Below, one piece after another: positions 1 through 10,553 of a stretch of 64,000 nt of DNA. Below the pieces are notes generated by a model that saw only the letters and a list, made by a program, of their open reading frames with translations, did no database searches and was not told the origin of the DNA. Both the position numbers and the translations under genes were made by a program. The stretch spans positions 34,097 through 98,096 of the forward strand of contig JBCCUP010000003.1 in NCBI GenBank assembly GCA_039196715.1, in the 5' to 3' direction. The first letter of the stretch is position 1. Each line of letters begins with the position of its first letter. Source of the stretch: Pseudomonadota bacterium (GTDB taxonomy: Bacteria > Pseudomonadota > Gammaproteobacteria > CALCKW01).

Positions 1-870
1 GCGGGTTCCGACATCTCGATGTTCTACGACCCCATGATTGCCAAGCTGGTCACCTGGGGGCCGGACCGCGACACCGCCATCCGCGAGATGCGCCGTGCAC
101 TGGACCACTACGTGATCCGCGGCGTGCAGCACAACATCCCGTTTTTGAGCGCGTTGCTCGGGCAGGACGATTTCGTCTCCGGTGCCCTGCACACGGGTTT
201 CATCGACACCCACTACCCGAGCGGCTTTGACAGCGCCATGGTGCCTGGCATGCCGGCGCTCTCGCTGGCCGCCGCGTGCGTCTGTCAGTGCCGTGAAGAC
301 GACGCCGACGCACAGATCGAGGGGCAGCTTCGCGACACGCCAACACCCACCGAACGGGTGTACTGCAGTGTCATCGACGGCGACACCGTGGCGGTTCACA
401 GCGTGCACGACGGCGCGCAGTTCACGGTGCACTGGGCGGACAACCGCGTTGAGGGGCACTGCGACTGGCAGCCGGGCCAGACGCTGCTCACGCTGAACGT
501 CGACGGTGCCGAACACTGTCTCCAGGTCGACCGTGTGGGACGGGCCTGGCAGGTGCAGTGCGCCGGACGCGTCGACCGCTGGCAGCTCTACCCCGGGCAC
601 ATCCAGGCGCTCCTCGCCCACATGCCCGCGGACGTCGAGGCCGACATGAGCGGCTTCCTGGTGTCACCGATGCCGGGCCTGCTCGTTCGGGTGTCGGTTG
701 CTGTCGGTGACACGGTCAAGGCCGGGCAGGAGCTCGCGGTGGTCGAGGCGATGAAAATGGAGAACGTGCTCAGCGCCGAGCGCGACGGACAGATCAAGTC
801 GATCGAGGCCAGCGCAGGCCAGAGCCTCGACGTCGACCAGGTGATCCTCGCCTTCGAGGACGACGCGTGA
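1..870 (+). CDS. pccA: Biotin-dependent acyl-CoA carboxylase alpha subunit, C-terminal part (5' end off-window); most likely propionyl-CoA carboxylase alpha
   Basis: The frame of ORF 19..870 is open back to base 1 (..AGSDIS-MFYDPMIAKLVTWG). It contains the biotin carboxylase C-terminal region and a biotinyl domain with the EAMKMEN attachment motif. GTGA stop/start overlap with the epimerase gene downstream. Confidence 0.8.
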   Translation, partial: AGSDISMFYDPMIAKLVTWGPDRDTAIREMRRALDHYVIRGVQHNIPFLSALLGQDDFVSGALHTGFIDTHYPSGFDSAMVPGMPALSLAAACVCQCREDDADAQIEGQLRDTPTPTERVYCSVIDGDTVAVHSVHDGAQFTVHWADNRVEGHCDWQPGQTLLTLNVDGAEHCLQVDRVGRAWQVQCAGRVDRWQLYPGHIQALLAHMPADVEADMSGFLVSPMPGLLVRVSVAVGDTVKAGQELAVVEAMKMENVLSAERDGQIKSIEASAGQSLDVDQVILAFEDDA

Positions 871-1271
871 TCGGCCGCCTGAACCACGTCGCGCTCGCGG
901 TACCCGACCTCGACGCGGCCAGCGCGACCTACCGCAGTGCGCTCGGTGCCACGGTGTCAGCGCCGCAGGCGCTGCCGGAACACGGTGTGACGGTGGTGTT
1001 CGTGGAGCTGCCGAACACCAAGGTCGAGCTGCTCCACCCGCTCGGCGACAACTCGCCGATCCAGGCCTTCCTCGACAAACACCCCAAGGGTGGCATGCAC
1101 CACCTGTGCTACGAAGTCGAGGACATTCGCGCGGCGCGTGACGCCTTGGAGGCCACCGGCGCGCGGGTTCTGGGCGACGGCGAGCCGCGCATCGGTGCCC
1201 ACGGTAAGCCGGTGCTGTTTCTGCACCCAGCCGATTTCAGCGGCACACTGGTCGAATTGGAAGAGGTCTGA
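867..1271 (+). CDS. mce: Methylmalonyl-CoA epimerase (glyoxalase/VOC fold)
   Basis: 134 aa, MIGRLNHVALAVPDLD...GMHHLCYEV...GKPVLFLHP, typical of the epimerase family. Translationally coupled to the carboxylase gene. Confidence 0.85.
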   Translation: MIGRLNHVALAVPDLDAASATYRSALGATVSAPQALPEHGVTVVFVELPNTKVELLHPLGDNSPIQAFLDKHPKGGMHHLCYEVEDIRAARDALEATGARVLGDGEPRIGAHGKPVLFLHPADFSGTLVELEEV

Positions 1272-1291
1272 GGCGACGCGCGATCGCGCGT

Positions 1292-2125
1292 TCAACGTGC
1301 GCTGGCGGGCCGCGTCTGCGCGGTCAATCGGCGCAGCAGCTCGGCCGCCGCCGCGAAACCGAAGCTCGCGGTGACCATGCTCGTTGCGCCAAGTGCACCT
1401 GCGCAATCGAGTCGCCCGCCCGCGCCGTCAACCGGAAGCCCGGACGCCAGCTGCCCGGACGCCGGCCTGCCCTGGCGTGCTTCGCCGTCGGCGTGCTGGT
1501 GTCGCACGGGCTCGCCCGAAAACACCGTCGGGATGCCGTAGCGCCGTTTCGGGTTCCGGCTGTAGCCGTAGCGGTGGCGCAGTCGCGAGCGCACCCGCGC
1601 CGACAAGGCGTCGCCGCGCACCGTGTTGAGATCGGCGATCTCGATTCGGGTCGGGTCGAGGCGGCCGCCAGCGCCACCGGTCGAGACCACCGGCAGCTTG
1701 GCGCGCCGGCACCAGGCCAGCAGGTCGGATTTCGCCACCACGCTGTCGATGCAGTCGAGCACGCCGTCGAGTGGCGCAGCCAGCACGGTGTCGAGGTTGT
1801 CCTGCGTGGCGAAATCGATGAGCGCTTCAACGTCGCAGCCGGGGTGGATGTCACGCAGGCGCGCCGCGAGCACCTCGGCCTTGAACTGGCCCACCGTGCC
1901 GCCGAGCGCGTGTGACTGGCGGTTGGTGTTGCTCACACAGACGTCGTCGAGGTCGACCAGCCGAATCCGCGCGACGCCGGTGCGCACCAGCGCCTCGGCG
2001 GCCCAGGACCCGACGCCGCCGAGGCCCACAACGCACAGACTCAGCGACCGGATCCGGTCGGCCGCGTGCGCGCCGTAGACGCGCTCGATGCCACCGAAGC
2101 GCGCCTGCCAGTCGCTCGCGTCCAT
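1292..2125 (-). CDS. tcdA: tRNA threonylcarbamoyladenosine dehydratase (ThiF/HesA family)
   Basis: FGGIERVYG...VVGLGGVGSWAAEALVRTGV..LVDLDDVCVSNTNRQ, a Rossmann E1-like motif. Lies directly downstream of dnaJ. Confidence 0.85.
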   Translation of the reverse strand: MDASDWQARFGGIERVYGAHAADRIRSLSLCVVGLGGVGSWAAEALVRTGVARIRLVDLDDVCVSNTNRQSHALGGTVGQFKAEVLAARLRDIHPGCDVEALIDFATQDNLDTVLAAPLDGVLDCIDSVVAKSDLLAWCRRAKLPVVSTGGAGGRLDPTRIEIADLNTVRGDALSARVRSRLRHRYGYSRNPKRRYGIPTVFSGEPVRHQHADGEARQGRPASGQLASGLPVDGAGGRLDCAGALGATSMVTASFGFAAAAELLRRLTAQTRPASAR

Positions 2126-2131
2126 CCTGAA

Positions 2132-3256
2132 TCAGCTGCGTTCGAAGAAAGACTTCACCGAGTCGATCCAACTGCTGTGCTCCGGACTGTGCCGGTCGCC
2201 GCCGAGCGACTCGCCAAGCTTCTCGAGCAATTCGCGCTGCTCGGCGTTGAGGTTGACCGGCGTCTCCACACGCATTTCGCACATCAGATCGCCGACAGCG
2301 CCACCGCGCACCGGCTTCACACCCTTGCCGCGCAAGCGAAAGAGCTTGCCGTTCTGCGTGCCGGCCGGGATCTTCAGTTTCACACGGCCGTCGAGCGTCG
2401 GCACTTCGAGCTCGCCGCCGAGGGAGGCCGTCACCATGTTGATCGGCACACTGCAGATGAGGTTCGCGCCGTCGCGCTCGAAGATGTCGTGCGGCTGGAC
2501 CCGGATCTGGACGTAGAGGTCGCCCGTCGGGCCACCGCGCTCCCCGGCTTCGCCCTCGCCGCTGAGCCGGATGCGGTCACCGGTGTCGACACCGGCGGGA
2601 ATCTTGACCGAGAGCGTCTTGTTCTCCTGGATGCGTCCGCGTCCGTTGCAAGGGGCACAGGGATCTTTGATGACTCTTCCGGTGCCGCCGCAAGTCGGAC
2701 AAGTTTGTTGCACAGAGAAAAAGCCCTGCTGCATTCGAACCTGGCCCAGTCCATTGCACGTGGTGCAGGTTGTCGGGCTCGTACCGGGTGCAGCGCCGTT
2801 GCCATCACACGTATCACACTCCACCAGCGTTGGCACCTGGATCTTGACTTCGGTGCCGCGCACCGCGTCCTCGAGTGCGATGTCGAGGTTGTATTGCAGA
2901 TCGGATCCACGCGATGCGCGCGAGCCTCGGCCTCCAGCGCGTTGCCCGAAGATGTCGCCGAAGACATCGCCGAAGATGTCGCCGAAGTCGCCGCTGAAGC
3001 CGCCCGCACCGCCGCCGCCGCCCATGCCGCCTTCGAGGCCGGCGTGGCCGTACTGGTCGTACACGGCGCGCTTGCGCTCGTCACTCAGGACATCCCAGGC
3101 CTCCTTCGCCTCCTTGAATTTGGCCTCCGCTGTGTCATCGCCGGCATTGCGGTCCGGGTGATACTTCATGGCCAATCGGCGGTACGCTTTCTTCAGCGTG
3201 GCCTCGTCGCTGCCCTTGGCAACGCCGAGCACCTCGTAGTAATCGCGTTTGGACAT
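2132..3256 (-). CDS. dnaJ: Chaperone DnaJ
   Basis: J domain ([24 protein letters not shown]), G/F region ([13 protein letters not shown]) and four CxxCxGxG zinc-finger repeats. Confidence 0.97.
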   Translation of the reverse strand: MSKRDYYEVLGVAKGSDEATLKKAYRRLAMKYHPDRNAGDDTAEAKFKEAKEAWDVLSDERKRAVYDQYGHAGLEGGMGGGGGAGGFSGDFGDIFGDVFGDIFGQRAGGRGSRASRGSDLQYNLDIALEDAVRGTEVKIQVPTLVECDTCDGNGAAPGTSPTTCTTCNGLGQVRMQQGFFSVQQTCPTCGGTGRVIKDPCAPCNGRGRIQENKTLSVKIPAGVDTGDRIRLSGEGEAGERGGPTGDLYVQIRVQPHDIFERDGANLICSVPINMVTASLGGELEVPTLDGRVKLKIPAGTQNGKLFRLRGKGVKPVRGGAVGDLMCEMRVETPVNLNAEQRELLEKLGESLGGDRHSPEHSSWIDSVKSFFERS

Positions 3257-3270
3257 ACCTGACTACCTGT

Positions 3271-3307
3271 AAACAGAAAAACCGGGGCGCTCAGATGCAA
3301 CCCCGGT
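3271..3307 (-). terminator. Hairpin plus T-tract between dnaK and dnaJ (intrinsic terminator or attenuator)
   Basis: The minus strand reads ACCGGGG-13 nt-CCCCGGT followed by TTTTTCTGTTT, starting 22 nt after the dnaK stop. Confidence 0.55.
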
Positions 3308-3328
3308 TCAGACTCGCGACGGTCGGGA

Positions 3329-5263
<1,935 letters not shown>

Positions 5264-5325
5264 GTTTTCAACCTTTTCCAGGAAGCTGTGCGACCGCGGG
5301 TGGCGGCCTTGTTAGATGTCAGTGA

Positions 5326-5353
5326 ACGTGGGGACTGTGCCTGTATTTTCAAG
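5326..5353 (-). promoter_or_regulatory. Sigma-32 (RpoH) heat-shock promoter for dnaK
   Basis: The minus strand reads CTTGAAA-13 nt-CCCCACGT (consensus CTTGAAA-N13-17-CCCCATnT). The -35 element overlaps the grpE stop codon, and the -10 element ends about 60 nt upstream of the dnaK ATG. Confidence 0.75.
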
Positions 5354-6011
5354 CACCTGAGTCCGCCGCCTTGGAAACCATGACCAGGGCCGGCCGCAGC
5401 AACCGGTCGTTGAGCGTGTAGCCCTTCTGCATGACCGCGAGGACCGTGTTCGGCGCGTGCTCCGCGCTCTCTTGCAGGGTCATGGCCTGGTGTCGTTCGG
5501 GGTCGAAGGCCTCGCCGGTCGGGTCGACGGCGACGAGCTGGAACTTGTCCATCGCCGACACCAGCATCTTCAAGGTGAGATCGGTGCCCTCCTGGATGCG
5601 CTGGAGGTCAGCGTCGTCCTGCTGGGCGGCTTCCAGACCCATTTCCAGGCTATCGCGCACCGGCAACAGCTCGTTGGCGAACTTCTCGAGCGCAAACTTG
5701 TGCGCGTTCTCGACATCGCGTGCCGAGCGCTTGCGCAAGTTCTCCATGTCGGCGTGCAGCCGCAGCGCCAGCGCGGCCTGCTCATCCGCGCGCGCCGCCT
5801 CCGCCTCGCAGCGTGCCTGCCAGTCGATCGCCTCCGGCGTGTCAGCGTCCGAAGACGCGTCGACCTCCTCGCCAGCGTCGACCTCGGCGTCGGCTGAGAC
5901 GGCGTCGCCGGCAGGGCTGCCGTCAGCCGGGTCAGCCGGGTCAGCCGGCTTTTCGATCGGGTCGTCGGCTGCCTCAGCAGGTTTTTCAGGATCAGGTGAT
6001 TGCGACGCCAT
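5349..6011 (-). CDS. grpE: Nucleotide exchange factor GrpE
   Basis: GrpE core (RLHADMENLRKRSARDVENAHKFALEKF...VMQKGYTLNDRLLRPALV). I chose the ATG at 6011 (MASQSP..) because GGAGA lies 5 nt upstream and the track start (TTG at 6101) falls inside the predicted promoter. The ATG at 6023 is an alternative. Confidence 0.92.
   Translation of the reverse strand: MASQSPDPEKPAEAADDPIEKPADPADPADGSPAGDAVSADAEVDAGEEVDASSDADTPEAIDWQARCEAEAARADEQAALALRLHADMENLRKRSARDVENAHKFALEKFANELLPVRDSLEMGLEAAQQDDADLQRIQEGTDLTLKMLVSAMDKFQLVAVDPTGEAFDPERHQAMTLQESAEHAPNTVLAVMQKGYTLNDRLLRPALVMVSKAADSGA
5922..5948. repeat. Three perfect tandem copies of a 9-nt unit inside grpE
   Basis: gtcagccgg x3 on the plus strand, encoding (PAD)3 in the acidic N-terminal tail of GrpE. 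Confidence 0.9.
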
Positions 6012-6101
6012 GGCGCTCTCCATCAAGGCAATTGCGGGTGGACGGCACGCGAAACGCCGCGCACCGCCGCACGCGGTGCCGGTGCACCGAGATTGCGCCA
6101 A

Positions 6102-6129
6102 GCATGGGGATCAGCGGTTGGAATTCAAG
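6102..6129 (-). promoter_or_regulatory. Sigma-32 (RpoH) heat-shock promoter for grpE
   Basis: The minus strand reads CTTGAAT-13 nt-CCCCATGC. The -35 element lies in the last codons of hrcA and the -10 element just after the hrcA stop. Confidence 0.7.
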
Positions 6130-7169
6130 GCCGCGCCGAGGATTTTCGAGGTCACGTCGACAACCGGTACCACGCGGTCGTACGCCATCCGGGTGGGACC
6201 GATCACACCGAGCATGCCGAGGACCTCCCCGTCGACCTCACAGGGGGCACTGACAAGGCTGTAGTTGTCGAGCACCTCGTGGCCGGCCTCGGCCCCGATG
6301 AACACCCGAACGCCGTCGGCACCCATGCAGCGTTCAAACAGGTGGTACATGTCGCGCTGGTTGTTGAAGGTGTCGAAAAGCGTGCGCAGGTGTTCGACGT
6401 CCGACGCCGAGTTGACGCCCATCAGGTTGGTCTGGCCCGCGACCGCGTAGTCGCCCGAGGCTTCGCGGTCGGGTGCGGCCAGCACCTGGCCCGCCACGGT
6501 GATCATGTGCTCCATCTGCGAGGCCATGTCGTCGCGCAGATCCTCGAGCGCGTCGAGCAGCCGTTTGCGCACCTCGTGCAAGCTCAGCCCGCCGAACTTC
6601 GCCGTGATGAAGCGCGCGGCGGCGGCCAGTTCCTCAGCCGAGTAGTCGCGGTCGAGGCTGACCACGCGGTTCTGCACGTCGTGGTCGTTGGTGACCAGGA
6701 TCACCAGTGCGCGCTGTTCGGAGAGCGCGACAAATTCGATCTGACGCAGGGTCTCCTCGGCCGGCCGGGGGGCAAACACCAGCCCCGCCATATGGGTCAT
6801 TCCCGAGAGGTACTCGGACGCACGGGCGATCAGTTGCTCGCGGTTCAGGTCGGCCGAGAGGTGCTGGCGCAACGCGTCCACGCTGGCGTGCTCAAGCGGT
6901 TGGTACTGGACCATGCGGTCGACGAACAACCGGTACGCCTGCTCGGTCGGCACCCGGCCGGCCGAGGTGTGCGGCGCACGCAGCAGGCCGAGTTCCTCGA
7001 GGTCGCACATCACGTTGCGGATGCTGGCAGCGCTGAGGGCGATGCCGGAGCGCTTGCTCAGGGTACGTGAGCCGATCGGTGCGCCCTCGCGGATGTACTC
7101 GTCGACCAGCGCGCGCAGGATGGCCTCCTCGCGGTCCGACAACAGCGCTTGCGGCGATTCCTCGGTCAT
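6111..7169 (-). CDS. hrcA: Heat-inducible transcription repressor HrcA
   Basis: MTEESPQALLSDREEAILRALVDEYIREGAPIGSRTL...HTSAGRVPT, the winged-helix N-terminus typical of HrcA. Start taken at the ATG at 7169. Confidence 0.92.
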   Translation of the reverse strand: MTEESPQALLSDREEAILRALVDEYIREGAPIGSRTLSKRSGIALSAASIRNVMCDLEELGLLRAPHTSAGRVPTEQAYRLFVDRMVQYQPLEHASVDALRQHLSADLNREQLIARASEYLSGMTHMAGLVFAPRPAEETLRQIEFVALSEQRALVILVTNDHDVQNRVVSLDRDYSAEELAAAARFITAKFGGLSLHEVRKRLLDALEDLRDDMASQMEHMITVAGQVLAAPDREASGDYAVAGQTNLMGVNSASDVEHLRTLFDTFNNQRDMYHLFERCMGADGVRVFIGAEAGHEVLDNYSLVSAPCEVDGEVLGMLGVIGPTRMAYDRVVPVVDVTSKILGAALNSNR

Positions 7170-7315
7170 GGTCCCGTGCTCACTTCTCAGCGCACCGTGC
7201 ACTCAGTGGGAGGGTGCCCGCTGCGCGGCAGCCGGCGTTGTCGGCGTGGCTGTTTGCCGCGCCGTCATCCCGTAAACTACACCAAAGTAATGCGCCCGAC
7301 TGACAGAATATCAAG

Positions 7316-7492
7316 ATGACTCGCCGAAAAGGGCACGCTGTACGCATTGGCAACGTCACGCTGGGTGGTGACGTCCCCGCGGTGGTGCAGTCGATGACCA
7401 ACACGGACACCGCGGACACCCTCGGAGCCGAGGCGTTTCAGCAGCTTGTCGAGGCCTACGTCGAAAACCGCTACGGCCTTGCACGCCACTGA
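7316..7492 (+). pseudogene. ispG: Stub of ispG (HMBPP synthase): only about 34 N-terminal codons recognisable
   Basis: A 58-codon ORF, below the track cutoff: [58 protein letters not shown]. The first 34 aa match the IspG N-terminus including the VQSMTNT.T.D signature. The remaining ~330 aa of the enzyme are absent. Confidence 0.6.
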
Positions 7493-8663
7493 GTCGGGAC
7501 TGACCACACCGCCGTCCGGCGATCCCCGGGCCGCGCTGGTCATCGGCGGCGGCATCGCCGGTGCCGCGATCGCACGGGCCCTTGCCGACCGCGGCAGCGA
7601 GGTCAGGGTGCTGGAAGCCGGTGACCAACCGGCACGCGGTGCCAGCGGCAACCCGCGCGCCGTCGTACGACCGGTGCTGGCGCGGAGTCGCCACGATCCG
7701 CTCGCCACGTTCTACAGCCGCGCGAGCGAACACGCGCGCCGATCCCTGGTGTTGCACCCCGATCTCGACCGCCCGAACCTCTGCTGTCTGGCGGGCGCGC
7801 ACGTCGAAACCGAGCATGCCCACGAGCTCGATTGCAGCGCACACGGTGTGACCCTCCTCGACGCGGCCAGCGCGAGTGCACGTCTCGGGCTTGACGCCCG
7901 CGCCGGGTTTTTTTTGCACGACGCCTTGACACTCGCCCCGGCCGCGCTCTGTGCCGCCCTGCTCGCTCATCCGGCGATCACACTGAGGCAAAACGCCACG
8001 GTGGCGGCACTGCAGCGAAACGGGTCGAACTGGGCAGCGCTCGACACCGCGGGACAGGTGATCGGGCGGGCGCCCACCGCCGTTGTGGCCACCGGCCCCG
8101 CTCTCGACACCCTCGCGCCGACGCTCGCACGCGCGCTGCACCGCACAACCGGCGTATCGATCCAGCACGCCCCGACACCGTCAGCGCAGCGGCCCCGTGC
8201 ATCCCTGCTCGGCCCTATGTCCTTGTCACCGACGGCGGACGGCATCGCCGTCTACGGCGGCCATTGGCGCAACAGCGAACCGCTGAAGACCCAGCTCGCG
8301 GGTCTCCCGTCGCGCTTTGCCACGCTCGTCGATGGGGCAAGCGACCACCGTGTTGTGGCACGCCTGCACACACCCGATCGGTTGCCACTGGTGGGTCCGT
8401 TGCCCGACATGGCAGCGACAGCCTCACACTTCGCGCCGCTGCGACACGGCAAACCGCCCGCGGGAGAACCGATCTACCAGCGCGACGCCTATGTGCTCGG
8501 CGCACTCGGCGGGCGCGGCATCACGTCGGCCCTCTGGTGTGCCGACCTGCTCGCGTCGGCGGTCTACGGTGCAGAACGGGCGGCGCTGCGGCCGCTTCAC
8601 CCGCTGCGTTTTCTGGTGCGTTCGCTCCGGCGCAACCTACCGCCGTACGCGACTGGACGCTGA
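7446..8663 (+). CDS. FAD-dependent oxidoreductase equivalent to the C-terminal (oxidase) domain of MnmC; start uncertain and possibly 5'-truncated
   Basis: [45 protein letters not shown] and the C-terminal [19 protein letters not shown]...LHPLRFLVR resemble MnmC residues ~260 to the end. There is no in-frame ATG upstream of the dinucleotide-binding motif; only TTG at 7446 and 7479. Confidence 0.65.
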   Translation: MSRPTSKTATALHATESGLTTPPSGDPRAALVIGGGIAGAAIARALADRGSEVRVLEAGDQPARGASGNPRAVVRPVLARSRHDPLATFYSRASEHARRSLVLHPDLDRPNLCCLAGAHVETEHAHELDCSAHGVTLLDAASASARLGLDARAGFFLHDALTLAPAALCAALLAHPAITLRQNATVAALQRNGSNWAALDTAGQVIGRAPTAVVATGPALDTLAPTLARALHRTTGVSIQHAPTPSAQRPRASLLGPMSLSPTADGIAVYGGHWRNSEPLKTQLAGLPSRFATLVDGASDHRVVARLHTPDRLPLVGPLPDMAATASHFAPLRHGKPPAGEPIYQRDAYVLGALGGRGITSALWCADLLASAVYGAERAALRPLHPLRFLVRSLRRNLPPYATGR

Positions 8664-8712
8664 TCCCGGGTGCTGCTCAAATAGCAGGCCCCTGACACAG
8701 GTTCACCGTGTG

Positions 8713-9576
8713 ATGCGTGTCTACAACTTCGGCTCCGTCAACATCGACCACGTCTACCGCGTTGCGCACTTCGTGCAACCGGGCGAGACCCGTGCGGTGA
8801 CGTCGTACCACCGCTTTCTCGGTGGCAAAGGGGCCAACCAATCGCTTGCACTGGCCAGGGCAGGTGCGCCAGTCAGCCACATCGGTGCAGTGGATCACGG
8901 CAGCGAGTGGGCGCTCGACGAACTGCAGGCCAGCGGCGTCGATGTCAGCGGTATTGCAACCGTGAACACACCGACCGGGCACGCCATCATTCAGGTCGAC
9001 GACAGCGGTGAGAACTGCATCCTGATCGAAGCCGGCGCAAATGCGCGCGTGTCCGTGGACGCCTTGAAAGCGCACCTCGGCTCGGCCGCCGCTGGCGATT
9101 GGCTGCTGTTGCAAAACGAGACCAACGGCGTCGAGGACGCGGCACGCGCCGCGTGCGCGCGCGGCCTGTCCGTCGCCTACAACCCCGCCCCGTTTGACGC
9201 CGAAACCGCTGCAGCCATGCTCGACCACATCGCCCTGCTGATCGTGAATGGCAGTGAGTTCGAGGCGCTCCGGGCAACCCTTGGCGACGCGGTGCCAGCG
9301 CAGGTGGACCTGCTGATCACGCACGGCGAACACGGTGCCGAGTACCGAAGCCGAGGCGACCAGATCTTCGTGCCAGCCCGAAAAGTGAAAGCGATCGACA
9401 CCACCGCGGCCGGCGACACGTTCATCGGCTATTACCTCGCAAGTGTGTCAGCCGGACTCGACCGCGTGTCCGCACTCGAGCGGGCCGCTCTCGCCAGCGC
9501 GCTGTGCGTGAGTGTGGCAGGTGCTGCCGTGTCGATTCCAACTGCGGACGCCGTGAGCCACTTCGCGAGACACTGA
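8713..9576 (+). CDS. rbsK: Ribokinase / PfkB-family sugar kinase
   Basis: MRVYNFGSVNIDHVYRV...GGKGANQSLALARAG...DTTAAGDTFIGYYLA (PfkB signatures). The ATG at 8713 was chosen; the track ORF begins 132 codons upstream in Arg/Cys-rich non-coding-looking sequence. Confidence 0.8.
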   Translation: MRVYNFGSVNIDHVYRVAHFVQPGETRAVTSYHRFLGGKGANQSLALARAGAPVSHIGAVDHGSEWALDELQASGVDVSGIATVNTPTGHAIIQVDDSGENCILIEAGANARVSVDALKAHLGSAAAGDWLLLQNETNGVEDAARAACARGLSVAYNPAPFDAETAAAMLDHIALLIVNGSEFEALRATLGDAVPAQVDLLITHGEHGAEYRSRGDQIFVPARKVKAIDTTAAGDTFIGYYLASVSAGLDRVSALERAALASALCVSVAGAAVSIPTADAVSHFARH

Positions 9577-9579
9577 ACC

Positions 9580-10530
9580 ATGGCCCAGAAAATCATCATC
9601 GACACCGACCCCGGCATCGACGACGCCCTGGCCATCCTGTTTGCCCTGGCGCACCCGGCACTCGACGTCCTCGGCTTGACCACGGTCTTCGGTAATGTGC
9701 CGGTGTCGCTCGCCACCGACAATGCACTGCGCATCGCGGACACGGCCGAGAGTACGGTGCCCGTCGCCGCGGGCGCGGCCACGCCGCTGCTCATACCACC
9801 GCGCGGGTACGCGGATTTCGTGCACGGCCAGGACGGGCTCGGTAACACTCACCCCGCGCCGAGTGTGCGTCAGGCGCTGGACCTCAGTGCCGCCGAGTTC
9901 ATTGTGCAACAGGTGCGTTCGGCACCCGACGACATCACACTGGTGCCTGTCGGGCCATTGACGAATCTGGCACTGGCCCTGAAGCTCGCACCCGATATCG
10001 CCCACAAGACGCGGGTTGTGCTGATGGGCGGTGCCGTGCACGAGCCCGGCAATTGCAGCCCTGTCGCCGAAGCCAACATCTGGCAGGACCCACACGCGGC
10101 GGACGTCGTGTTCGCAGCCGATTGGCACGTGACGATGGTCGGGCTCGATGCGACGCACCAGGTCCGCCTCGACCAGGCGTTCTTCGACGCGTGTGCCGCA
10201 GCGGCGCCCCGCGTCGGCGGGTTCCTGAACGACGTCCACCAGTTCTATCTGGATTTCTACGCCAAGCGGTTCGGTGAACGGGTCTGCGCTGCACACGACG
10301 CGCTCGCGGTGGCGGCAGTGGTCGACCCGTCCGTGATCACCACCGAGCCGGGGGCCATCCGGGTGTGCACCGACGGCGTGGCCGAAGGCCAAACCCTGCT
10401 GGCCACGCCGGGGGCGTTCGACGATCAGCCGTGGTGGCAGGGGCGACCGGTGCACCGCGCGGCGCTCGGCGCGGATGCCGACGCGGTGCGGCAGCTGATC
10501 CTCGGCACGCTGGCCGACAACGCCAGCTGA
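9580..10530 (+). CDS. Nucleoside hydrolase (inosine/uridine-preferring, IUNH family)
   Basis: The N-terminal IIDTDPGIDDALAILFAL aspartate cluster is characteristic of IUNH enzymes. Adjacent to the ribokinase gene. Confidence 0.9.
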   Translation: MAQKIIIDTDPGIDDALAILFALAHPALDVLGLTTVFGNVPVSLATDNALRIADTAESTVPVAAGAATPLLIPPRGYADFVHGQDGLGNTHPAPSVRQALDLSAAEFIVQQVRSAPDDITLVPVGPLTNLALALKLAPDIAHKTRVVLMGGAVHEPGNCSPVAEANIWQDPHAADVVFAADWHVTMVGLDATHQVRLDQAFFDACAAAAPRVGGFLNDVHQFYLDFYAKRFGERVCAAHDALAVAAVVDPSVITTEPGAIRVCTDGVAEGQTLLATPGAFDDQPWWQGRPVHRAALGADADAVRQLILGTLADNAS

Positions 10531-10553
10531 GGCTCAGCCGTCGGGGGCGCCGC

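Noticed and set aside
1276-1291. Perfect 16-nt palindrome ACGCGCGATCGCGCGT between convergent mce and tcdA
   Set aside because: The loop would be at most 4 nt and there is no T-tract on either strand. It may be a bidirectional terminator, but I cannot support that from sequence alone.
2941-2996. Imperfect 12-nt tandem repeats (gatgtcgccgaa-like units)
   Set aside because: They encode the normal G/F-rich linker of DnaJ ([13 protein letters not shown]) and are not an independent repeat element.
2066-3262. 398-aa plus-strand ORF (and several nested ORFs) opposite dnaJ
   Set aside because: It lies antisense to an unmistakable dnaJ. The product is Ala/Arg/Leu/His-rich with no motif. This is a typical high-GC shadow ORF.
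7170-7230. Possible CIRCE operator upstream of hrcA (GAGTGCAC ... GTGAGCAC)
   Set aside because: The two halves are direct-like, not an inverted repeat, and do not match TTAGCACTC-N9-GAGTGCTAA.
7275-7315. Sigma-32-like promoter for hrcA (minus strand CTTGATA-N13-GCGCATTA)
   Set aside because: The -35 element is good, but the -10 element matches only about half of CCCCATnT. It is too weak to call and is mentioned only as context for the ispG stub.
8317-8712. 132-codon 5' extension of the ribokinase ORF; similar extensions at 28354..28470, 45873..46154, 59945..60583, 39189..39431 and 20247..20459
   Set aside because: These extensions have Arg/Cys/Pro/Ser-rich composition and overlap neighbouring genes or promoters. 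Family similarity starts at the internal start codons chosen in the feature list.
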